A DNA stretch of 60,237 nt from Fidelibacterota bacterium (GTDB taxonomy: Bacteria; Fidelibacterota; Marinisomatia; Marinisomatales; Marinisomataceae), in contig JBJKZN010000029.1 in assembly GCA_045560315.1 (NCBI GenBank), forward strand, positions 1-60,237. The letters are read 5' to 3'. Positions 30,504 through 38,489 of this stretch are shown here, piece after piece. The notes beneath the pieces are model-generated. The model was not told the DNA's origin, searched no databases, and worked only from the letters and a program-made list of their open reading frames with translations. The position numbers and the translations under genes were made by a program. The number at the start of each line of letters is the position of its first letter. Position 1 is the stretch's first letter.

Positions 30504-32362
30504 AGTATTTAAATAATATCAAATCACCAGAAGATTTAAAATCTTATTCAAAGGAAGATTTAGAATTAATTTGTCATGAGCTGAGAGAATATATTATATC
30601 AACTATAACTCAAATTGGTGGTCATTTAGCACCTACTTTAGGTACAATAGAATTAACAACTGCTCTTCATTATGTTTACAATGCTCCAAAAGATAAATTG
30701 ATATGGGATACTGGACACCAAGCATATGCACATAAAGTTTTAACAGGAAGATTTGATTCTTTTGATACTATTCGAAAATATAAAGGTTTAAGCGGATTCT
30801 TAAAGAGAACTGAGAGTGAGTATGATGTATTTGGAGCTGGACATGCATCAACTTCAATCTCTGCTGGACTGGGTGTAGCTTCTGCGAGAGATTTGAATAA
30901 CGAAGACTTCAAAGTAGTGAGCATTATAGGAGATGGTGCTTTGACTGGAGGACTTGCATTTGAAGCACTGAATAATGCTGGACATCTTAAGAAACAATTA
31001 TTAGTAATTGTAAATGATAACGATATGTCAATTAGTCCAAATGTAGGAGCATTTAGGAACTATTTAGTTAAGATTACAACTAATCAGTCCTACAACTATA
31101 TAAGATCTCAAATTGGAAGATTAATTAGAGGACTACCAAGAAGTTTTAAATTTATTGAATCTTTACTAAGAAGAGCAGAGATAAGTGCAAAAAACTTCTT
31201 TCTTCCAACCACTATATTTGAGGATTTGGGCTTTCGATATTTCGGTCCAATTGATGGGCATAATGTTAACGAATTAGTTGATACATTAACAAATATAAAG
31301 GACTTAAATAATCCAGTAGTTCTTCATGTTATTACAAAAAAAGGTAAAGGTTTGGATAATGCAGAAAATGATCCAATTAAATATCATGGAGTAAAAGAGA
31401 AGCAAAAACCATCAAATGAAAAAAAGGAGCAAAAACCTATATTTCAGAATATTTTTGGAGATGTTTCTTGTGAATTAGCAAGAGATAATGAAGATATTGT
31501 TGCTATCACAGCTGCAATGAGAGAAGGGACAGGTTTAGTAAATTTTGCAAAAGAATTCCCTGATCGATATTTTGATGTAGGTATAGCAGAAGCACATGCA
31601 GTGACATTTTCTGGAGGGTTAGCAGCAAATGAAAAAATACCAATAGTAGCAATTTATTCTACATTTTTACAAAGAGCTTATGATCAAATTATTCATGATA
31701 TTTCTTTGCAAAAATTGCCAGTAATTTTTTGTTTAGATAGATCTGGATTAGTTGGAGAGGATGGAGCAACACATCATGGAGTATTAGACATTGCATACAT
31801 GAGATGTATTCAAGGAATGATTGTTACTGCACCGAAAGATGGCAATGAATTAAAGGATTTATTGTTTACAGCAACTAACTATAACAAAGGACCTTTTAGT
31901 ATTAGATATCCAAAAGAATCATCAATCAATTTTGATAATAAATCTTCAAATATAATAGAAATTGGATCTTGGGAGGTTATGAATAAAGGTGATGATATAT
32001 TAATTCTGTCAGTTGGATCGATGGTTAATAGAAGTATGATTGCTATGAAAAAATTAAAAGAAAAAAATATTCAAGCCGAAGTGATTAATTGTAGATTTAT
32101 TAAACCAATGGATTTAGACTACTTAAGTAATAATTTTTCAAGATTTCCTAAAGTTGTTACTATTGAAGAAGGCGTTTTAGATGGAGGATTTGGAGAAGGT
32201 GTTGTATCTTGGTCTAGTGCTAATAATTTAAAAAATGACATCCTTAATCTTGGATTACCTAATGATTTTGTAGATCATGGACCAAGAAAGGACTTATTGC
32301 AAGAAGTAAAATTAGACAGCGAATCATTATATATGAAGATTATGGAGTTTGTTAATGAGTAA
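30500..32362 (+). CDS. dxs: 1-deoxy-D-xylulose-5-phosphate synthase
   Basis: GGHLAPTLG, DTGHQAYAHK, GAGHASTSIS and IGDGALTGG (ThDP motif). Length is 620 aa. Confidence 0.95.
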   Translation: MKYLNNIKSPEDLKSYSKEDLELICHELREYIISTITQIGGHLAPTLGTIELTTALHYVYNAPKDKLIWDTGHQAYAHKVLTGRFDSFDTIRKYKGLSGFLKRTESEYDVFGAGHASTSISAGLGVASARDLNNEDFKVVSIIGDGALTGGLAFEALNNAGHLKKQLLVIVNDNDMSISPNVGAFRNYLVKITTNQSYNYIRSQIGRLIRGLPRSFKFIESLLRRAEISAKNFFLPTTIFEDLGFRYFGPIDGHNVNELVDTLTNIKDLNNPVVLHVITKKGKGLDNAENDPIKYHGVKEKQKPSNEKKEQKPIFQNIFGDVSCELARDNEDIVAITAAMREGTGLVNFAKEFPDRYFDVGIAEAHAVTFSGGLAANEKIPIVAIYSTFLQRAYDQIIHDISLQKLPVIFCLDRSGLVGEDGATHHGVLDIAYMRCIQGMIVTAPKDGNELKDLLFTATNYNKGPFSIRYPKESSINFDNKSSNIIEIGSWEVMNKGDDILILSVGSMVNRSMIAMKKLKEKNIQAEVINCRFIKPMDLDYLSNNFSRFPKVVTIEEGVLDGGFGEGVVSWSSANNLKNDILNLGLPNDFVDHGPRKDLLQEVKLDSESLYMKIMEFVNE

Positions 32363-33953
32363 GAAAAAACTAAAAAGAGAAAAAAATTTTAATAGTCTAA
32401 GCGGCAATCAGTTAGAAGAGTATTATTCTTCAGATAATAAGAAGAATAAATATAATATAGATCCTGGCACTTTTCCATACACACGAGGAATTCACAAAAA
32501 TATGTATCGAGGAAAATTGTGGACTATGAGACAATTTTCAGGGTTTAGTACTCCAGAAAAAACAAATGAGAGATATAAATATTTATTAAAGAATGGTCAG
32601 ACAGGACTTTCTGTTGCTTATGATATGCCAACACTGATGGGATATGACCCTGATCATGAATTATCATCTGGGGAGGTGGGTGTTTGTGGTGTTAATGTTG
32701 CTTCTTTAGAGGATATGGAAATTCTATTCAAGGATATAGACTTAGAAAACATTTCTGTATCTCAAACTATTAATGGCCCTGCTATCATATTGTTTGCTTT
32801 CTATGTAGCATTAGCAAAAAAGAATGGTATTGATATTAGCAAATTAAGAGGTACCCTACAGAATGATGCCCTAAAAGAATATATAGCACAAAAGGAATTT
32901 ATTTTTCCTCCTACACCATCAGTAAAATTGGTAGTGGATGTAATAGAGTTTTGTTCAGAAAATATGCCATTTTATAATCCAGTATCAGTAAGTGGATATC
33001 ATATTAGAGAGGCTGGATCGACTGCTGCTCAGGAATTAGCATTTACATTAAATAGTGGATTTACTTATATAGAAGCTTGTCTAGAAAGAGGTTTAAAAAT
33101 AGATGATTTTGCGCATAGATTGTCATTTTTCTTTAATTCACATATGGACTTTTTTGAAGAAATAGGTAAATATAGGGCAGCAAGAAGAATTTGGGCCAAC
33201 AAACTAAAAAATGATTATGGTGCAAAAAATGAAAATTCTTTGAAGTTAAAATTCCACACACAAACAGCAGGATGTTCTCTTACTGCACAACAACCAGAAA
33301 ATAATATTATTAGAACTGCGTATGAAGCTATGTCTGCTGTTCTAGGTGGAACAAATTCTCTTCATACAAATTCATTAGATGAGACACTAGCTCTTCCATC
33401 GGAAAAAGCTGCAAAAATAGCACTAAGAACCCAACAAATTCTTGCATACGAAACAGGTGTACCGAATGTAGCAGATCCTCTAGGGGGTTCCTGGTACGTA
33501 GAAGAGATAACCGATAGAATTGAAAGTGAAGCAAATGAATATTTTAAAGCAATAAAAAATCTAGGAGGTACAATTACAGCAATTGAAGATGGTTATTTCC
33601 AAAAGAAAATTGCTGAATCTGCGTCTGTATATCAAGAATCAGTCGATTCAAAAGATAGAATAATTGTCGGATTAAATGATTTTGTTGAGGAAGATGAAAA
33701 ACTGGAGATTGAAATTTTAAAAATCTCTCAGAAAGCTCAAGATATTCAAGAAAGAAAAGTTAGACTGTTAAGAGAAAAAAGGGATAATAAGTTACTTGAT
33801 GAAAAAATGAAAAAATTAAGAAATGCTTGTGAAAATAATTTAAATTTAGTCCCTTACTTGATTGAAGTAGCGGAATCTGGTGGTACTGTTGGAGAAATTG
33901 TTGAATTGATGAAGAATGTATATGGAGAATGGGAAGAATCTTTTGGGATTTAA
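32355..33953 (+). CDS. methylmalonyl-CoA mutase-family catalytic (large) subunit, no B12-binding domain
   Basis: PGTFPYTRGIHKNMYRGKLWTMRQFSGF, GLSVAYDMPT and HTQTAG motifs of acyl-CoA mutases. The ORF ends before any DxHxxG cobalamin domain. Confidence 0.85.
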   Translation: MSKKKLKREKNFNSLSGNQLEEYYSSDNKKNKYNIDPGTFPYTRGIHKNMYRGKLWTMRQFSGFSTPEKTNERYKYLLKNGQTGLSVAYDMPTLMGYDPDHELSSGEVGVCGVNVASLEDMEILFKDIDLENISVSQTINGPAIILFAFYVALAKKNGIDISKLRGTLQNDALKEYIAQKEFIFPPTPSVKLVVDVIEFCSENMPFYNPVSVSGYHIREAGSTAAQELAFTLNSGFTYIEACLERGLKIDDFAHRLSFFFNSHMDFFEEIGKYRAARRIWANKLKNDYGAKNENSLKLKFHTQTAGCSLTAQQPENNIIRTAYEAMSAVLGGTNSLHTNSLDETLALPSEKAAKIALRTQQILAYETGVPNVADPLGGSWYVEEITDRIESEANEYFKAIKNLGGTITAIEDGYFQKKIAESASVYQESVDSKDRIIVGLNDFVEEDEKLEIEILKISQKAQDIQERKVRLLREKRDNKLLDEKMKKLRNACENNLNLVPYLIEVAESGGTVGEIVELMKNVYGEWEESFGI

Positions 33954-33956
33954 ATT

Positions 33957-34364
33957 ATGAATAAGATTTATACATCGTTGATTTTAGTTTTTGGATTGAT
34001 TGTTATATGGACTGTATATCTTACCAATGTAAGAGGTGAGAAAAATATCACTGTGCGTTATTACACCATAGAGGAACTTTCAACAAAAGAAGTTTCTCTT
34101 TCTAAGGTCAAGGTTGGAGGTTTAATTAAACCAGATTCAATTAAAATCAATGATGAAGATCAATTAGAAGTATCATTTTATGTTTATCAAGGTAGCGATA
34201 GTTTAAAGGTTTATTATTATGGTATTAGACCAGATCTATTTAAAGATGATGCAGAGGTAGTAGTTGCCGGAGCATTTGATGATAACTTGATTATTGCGAC
34301 TGAACTTCAAACTAAATGCGCTTCACGCTATGAAGGCGATTTAAAAAATATAGAAAAAATATAA
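33957..34364 (+). CDS. ccmE: cytochrome c maturation haem chaperone CcmE, CxxxY variant
   Basis: N-terminal TM anchor plus OB-fold, IRPDLFKDDAEVVVAGAF. The haem-binding position reads QTKCASRYEG (Cys121 = TGC at 34317-34319) where canonical CcmE has HxxxY. Confidence 0.85.
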   Translation: MNKIYTSLILVFGLIVIWTVYLTNVRGEKNITVRYYTIEELSTKEVSLSKVKVGGLIKPDSIKINDEDQLEVSFYVYQGSDSLKVYYYGIRPDLFKDDAEVVVAGAFDDNLIIATELQTKCASRYEGDLKNIEKI

Positions 34365-36346
34365 TGATATCTCAAATTGGAAGTTTGGCTCTTAGCATAA
34401 GTGGCGGATTAATACTATCAACTTTCTTTTTTCTATTCTATTACTCTATTAAAAAAAATAAAATATTTTTAGAGATAGCTGAGAGAGGCTTAATAGCAAT
34501 ATGTTTCTGTATAATATTAGCTACTCTTTGTCTTCTGAATGAATTATTAATTAGTAATTTTAATTTGCAGTATGTTGCTCAATATACAAGCTATGAAACC
34601 CCACTATTTTTCAAGTTCACTGCTCTATGGGCAGGACAAGCAGGTTCATTGTTATTTTGGACATTCATTATGTCTATATATTCATTAATCTATATTAATG
34701 TAACCCTAAAGAGTATGGAGTATCTTAAATATTCTTCTTATGGGATTCTTTCTTTTATCTTCGCATTCTTTTTGCTCTTATCAAATTTTATAGCAAATCC
34801 TTTTGAACCAGTATCGTCTGATATTATTGTACAAAATGGCAATGGTCTTAATCCATTATTGCAAAATGTGACAATGGCTATCCATCCTCCTATGCTCTAT
34901 TTAGGCTTTATTGGAACAACTATTCTTTTTGTGATGGCTTTGTCTGCTATAATATCTAAGTCCATCACTTTTGAATGGATTCAATCAATCAGACGTTGGT
35001 CTCTAATTACATGGACATTTTTATCTGCAGGTATCATTTTAGGCGGATATTGGGCATACAATGAATTAGGTTGGGGAGGATATTGGGCATGGGATCCAGT
35101 AGAAAATTCTTCCTTAATGCCTTGGCTTATACTGACCGCTTTCATTCATTCATCTATGATACAAGAAAAAAGAGGTATGTTAAAATCATGGAATATTTTA
35201 TTAGCTTCATCAACTTTTTTACTAGTGATTCTAGGTACATTTATTACTAGAAGTGGTATTATATCTTCCGTTCATTCATTTACTGCTGAAAATCTAGGAC
35301 CATTATTTCTCAGCTTTTTGTCTAGCTTAATTTTATTTACTGGATACTGGTTTTTTAAGCGATTTGATCTATTAAAATCAGATAATAAGATTGATTCTTT
35401 TACATCAAGAGAAGGAGGTTTTTTATATAATAATCTAATTTTTCTCTTAATGTGTTTTATTGTTTTATGGGGAACTCTATTTCCCATTCTTTCAGAGGCG
35501 TGGAATGGAGAAAAAATTTATGTAGGAGCCACTTATTTTAATCAACTTAATGTTCCTATTGGTTTAGCATTATTGTTTTTGATGGGAGTTGGTCCATTGT
35601 TGTCATGGAAGAAAACTTCAAGATCGACTTTATTATTAAATTTTAAAATTCCAATGCTAGTGAGTTTTATTTCGGGAATAATATATTCTATATTTTTTGG
35701 ATTATTTGATTTATATCCCTTAGTCACATGTATGGGCATATCTTTTACAGCCACATCAATCATTGGCGAATTTAGAAAGTCATATAATAAGTCTAAAAAC
35801 AGGAATAAATCAATCCTACAAACCACGATCAACATGTTCTTGAGCAATAGACACAAGAATGGAGGATATATTGTTCATATTGGAATCACACTACTTTTTG
35901 TTGGCTTTATTGGAAGAGCATTTGAAGTAGAAAAAGAATTCAATCTCTCTCCTGGAGAAGAGATTTATTTTGCAAATTATATTTTCAAACTGAATAGCAT
36001 TACAAGTGAAGCTAGAGATAATCATTATGCATTCATTAGCGACATGGATGTAATTGATGAAAGGAATAATCTATTGACTAGCTTATATCCTGAAAAAAGA
36101 ATCTATTTTTATTGGAATCCAGACCCTGAGAAACGTCAACCACACAGTGAGTTAGATATTTATAGTACGATGAAGAAAGATATATATTCTATATTCTCTG
36201 CTTATGATGCAGAAAAAAATCAAGGGTATTTTAAAATTATGATTAATCCTTTAGTGAATTGGGTTTGGATTGGAGGTATTGTAATGGTGATAGGTTCTCT
36301 ATTTGCCTTCTGGCCATCTAAAAGGAGAGATTATGGAATTATTTAA
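34364..36346 (+). CDS. ccmF: cytochrome c maturation protein CcmF
   Basis: 660-aa polytopic protein with the WWD motif WGGYWAWDPVENSS. Confidence 0.9.
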   Translation: MISQIGSLALSISGGLILSTFFFLFYYSIKKNKIFLEIAERGLIAICFCIILATLCLLNELLISNFNLQYVAQYTSYETPLFFKFTALWAGQAGSLLFWTFIMSIYSLIYINVTLKSMEYLKYSSYGILSFIFAFFLLLSNFIANPFEPVSSDIIVQNGNGLNPLLQNVTMAIHPPMLYLGFIGTTILFVMALSAIISKSITFEWIQSIRRWSLITWTFLSAGIILGGYWAYNELGWGGYWAWDPVENSSLMPWLILTAFIHSSMIQEKRGMLKSWNILLASSTFLLVILGTFITRSGIISSVHSFTAENLGPLFLSFLSSLILFTGYWFFKRFDLLKSDNKIDSFTSREGGFLYNNLIFLLMCFIVLWGTLFPILSEAWNGEKIYVGATYFNQLNVPIGLALLFLMGVGPLLSWKKTSRSTLLLNFKIPMLVSFISGIIYSIFFGLFDLYPLVTCMGISFTATSIIGEFRKSYNKSKNRNKSILQTTINMFLSNRHKNGGYIVHIGITLLFVGFIGRAFEVEKEFNLSPGEEIYFANYIFKLNSITSEARDNHYAFISDMDVIDERNNLLTSLYPEKRIYFYWNPDPEKRQPHSELDIYSTMKKDIYSIFSAYDAEKNQGYFKIMINPLVNWVWIGGIVMVIGSLFAFWPSKRRDYGII

Positions 36347-36422
36347 TCAAATTTTTATTTTTGCATTATATTTTATGGTAGTTTTATTTGTTTTCTATCC
36401 ACTATTAAAGAAGATTAAATAA
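36333..36422 (+). CDS. 29-aa single-pass membrane mini-protein (CcmD-like?)
   Basis: AGGAG (36323-36327) lies 5 nt before ATG 36333. Translation is MELFNQIFIFALYFMVVLFVFYPLLKKIK. Its start overlaps the ccmF 3' end and its stop overlaps the ccmA ATG (TAATG at 36420-36424). It is not in the ORF track. Confidence 0.35.
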   Translation: MELFNQIFIFALYFMVVLFVFYPLLKKIK

Positions 36423-37021
36423 TGTTAAATATTAAAAATCTTAGCAAATCATTTTCTGATACAAAGGTGCTAGATAATATGTCTTGTACAATAGATTCTG
36501 GAAAGTTAGTTGCTTTGTTAGGTAAGAATGGATCAGGTAAAACAACTTTCTTAAAATGTATATCTAACATTATGAATACTGACTCTGGAGATATTGATTA
36601 TAATGATTCCAATTTTCTGTTTTTAAATGATAAGGCAAATATTTTCAGTGATTTAAATATTTTAGACAATATGAAATGTATTTTACGTTTCTATAATCAG
36701 AATCTCAATAAGGATCAATACAATCAATACCTCAATTTGCTTGGTTTAAAAGAATTTGAAGAGTTGCAATTAAAAAACTTATCAAGAGGAAATCTTCAAC
36801 GAAACAAATTATTGATTGCATTGAATTTATCCTGGGATTACTTATTAATAGATGAGCCTTTTACGAATCTAGATGATAGTGCGAAAGCTATTTTTAAAAA
36901 GATATTTTTAGATATTAAATCAAAGAATAAAACCATTATTTTTTCGACACACAACTTTAGCTATGTTCAAGATATTTGCGATCAATCTCTTACAATAAAA
37001 GAAGGGAAGATTCATCTATGA
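36422..37021 (+). CDS. ccmA: haem exporter ATPase CcmA
   Basis: Walker A GKNGSGKTT, degenerate signature LSRGNLQR, Walker B LLIDEP. Position in the ccm cluster supports the call. Confidence 0.8.
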   Translation: MLNIKNLSKSFSDTKVLDNMSCTIDSGKLVALLGKNGSGKTTFLKCISNIMNTDSGDIDYNDSNFLFLNDKANIFSDLNILDNMKCILRFYNQNLNKDQYNQYLNLLGLKEFEELQLKNLSRGNLQRNKLLIALNLSWDYLLIDEPFTNLDDSAKAIFKKIFLDIKSKNKTIIFSTHNFSYVQDICDQSLTIKEGKIHL

Positions 37022-37680
37022 TTATTAAGCTAATTAAAAATGAATTTTTTTTAGAAATCAAGTCATCAAATAATCTTTTTTATATGACATTTTTTGCTTT
37101 GTCATGTTTAATGCTTTCAGTTTTCTCATTTCCCCCCTCTCAAATCAATGAAACTATTATTTTATCTGGATTTTTTTGGATCATTGTTGCATTGGTATCA
37201 ATCAAGCTTATTGAAAATTCTTTTGTAAGAGAGAAAGAAGGTGGTATTTATGATTTAATGTATACATCTCCAGTAGATAATTATTTAGTATTCTTGGCAA
37301 AACTAATCACATTTTCTTTAATTCTTTTAGGCGTGCAACTCTTTATTTTTATGATTTATAGCTTGATTTCTACATCAATAAATATTGATCTAATTTTCAA
37401 GATTATGATACTCTGTGTTGTATCTAATATAGGATTAATTGGTCTTGGAATGCTTATCTATTTAATGACTTCTTTAAATAGTACACGCAGTTTTTTATTT
37501 CCACTTATTTTATTCCCAATGATTGTGCCTATCCTAATTCATTCTTCAAATCTATTTATTGGATTGTGCTTAGGATTGGATATATCTTTTTATGCAGAAT
37601 CAATAATGTTATTATTAACTTTCGCACTAATGGCAGTTGTTCTAGGGATTAATTTTTTTGAAAGGCTAATTAAATACTAA
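37018..37680 (+). CDS. ccmB: haem exporter permease CcmB
   Basis: Six-TM hydrophobic protein between ccmA and ccmC. ATGA overlap with ccmA; the track ORF opens earlier at 36976. Confidence 0.75.
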   Translation: MIIKLIKNEFFLEIKSSNNLFYMTFFALSCLMLSVFSFPPSQINETIILSGFFWIIVALVSIKLIENSFVREKEGGIYDLMYTSPVDNYLVFLAKLITFSLILLGVQLFIFMIYSLISTSINIDLIFKIMILCVVSNIGLIGLGMLIYLMTSLNSTRSFLFPLILFPMIVPILIHSSNLFIGLCLGLDISFYAESIMLLLTFALMAVVLGINFFERLIKY

Positions 37681-38327
37681 TGAATTTATCTTTATTTATA
37701 TTATTGCTCATTGTGATGTTATCGAATCTTGTATCGATTATCTTTTTGACTCCAATGGTACCTGATCAAGAATGGGCACAGAAAATATTTTATCTTCATG
37801 TTCCTTTAGCATGGGCAGGTTTTTTATCATATTTCTTTGTAATGCTTGCAGGATTTGGATATCTTTTTTCTAAGAAGCTCGAATATGACAGAATCGGACA
37901 TGCTGCTGCAGAGATTGGTACGATATTTACAGGTCTTGTATTAGTAACTGGGCCTATTTGGGCTACTCCAGTTTGGGGAAAACCATGGGTTTGGGAGCCA
38001 AGACTTATTACGACTTTAGTCTTATTTGTAATCTATGCAGGATACTTTATTTTAAGAAATGTTGGAATTTATAGACAAAGAGTAGCATTAATTTCTGCTA
38101 TTATAGGGATTATTGCATTCTTAGACATCCCTATCATATTTGCATCGGTAAATTTTTGGGCAGCTGAAATTCAATCCCATCCTCAAATGGGAATGTCAAA
38201 ACAACCTTCAGGCATACTGTCACCATTTTTATTTTCTTTATTTGCTTTTACTAACCTTATGATCACTATGCTATATTTAAGAATGAAAGTGCTATATTTA
38301 GAAGACAAAGAGAAAAATTATGTATAA
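37680..38327 (+). CDS. ccmC: haem exporter / haem-handling protein CcmC
   Basis: FYLHVPLAW (His ligand context) and the WWD-type motif WGKPWVWEPRLITT. Note Glu at 37995-37997 where Asp is usual. Confidence 0.9.
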   Translation: MNLSLFILLLIVMLSNLVSIIFLTPMVPDQEWAQKIFYLHVPLAWAGFLSYFFVMLAGFGYLFSKKLEYDRIGHAAAEIGTIFTGLVLVTGPIWATPVWGKPWVWEPRLITTLVLFVIYAGYFILRNVGIYRQRVALISAIIGIIAFLDIPIIFASVNFWAAEIQSHPQMGMSKQPSGILSPFLFSLFAFTNLMITMLYLRMKVLYLEDKEKNYV

Positions 38328-38421
38328 TTATTTAGAATATTTTTTAGCAGCATTGCTTATTGTATTTATTGTGATTTTTTCATGGTTTTTGTTAAATATA
38401 AAAAAACTGAAAAATTTATAA
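38320..38421 (+). CDS. ccmD: CcmD-like 33-aa single-pass membrane protein
   Basis: ATG 38320 overlaps the ccmC end by 8 nt. Translation is MYNYLEYFLAALLIVFIVIFSWFLLNIKKLKNL. Its position directly after ccmC is where ccmD normally sits. It is not in the ORF track. Confidence 0.45.
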   Translation: MYNYLEYFLAALLIVFIVIFSWFLLNIKKLKNL

Positions 38422-38489
38422 ATAAGCATTTTTAATATTGTATTATTTACTATATTTTTTATTAGAGATATTAATTATTCTAGGGGGAT

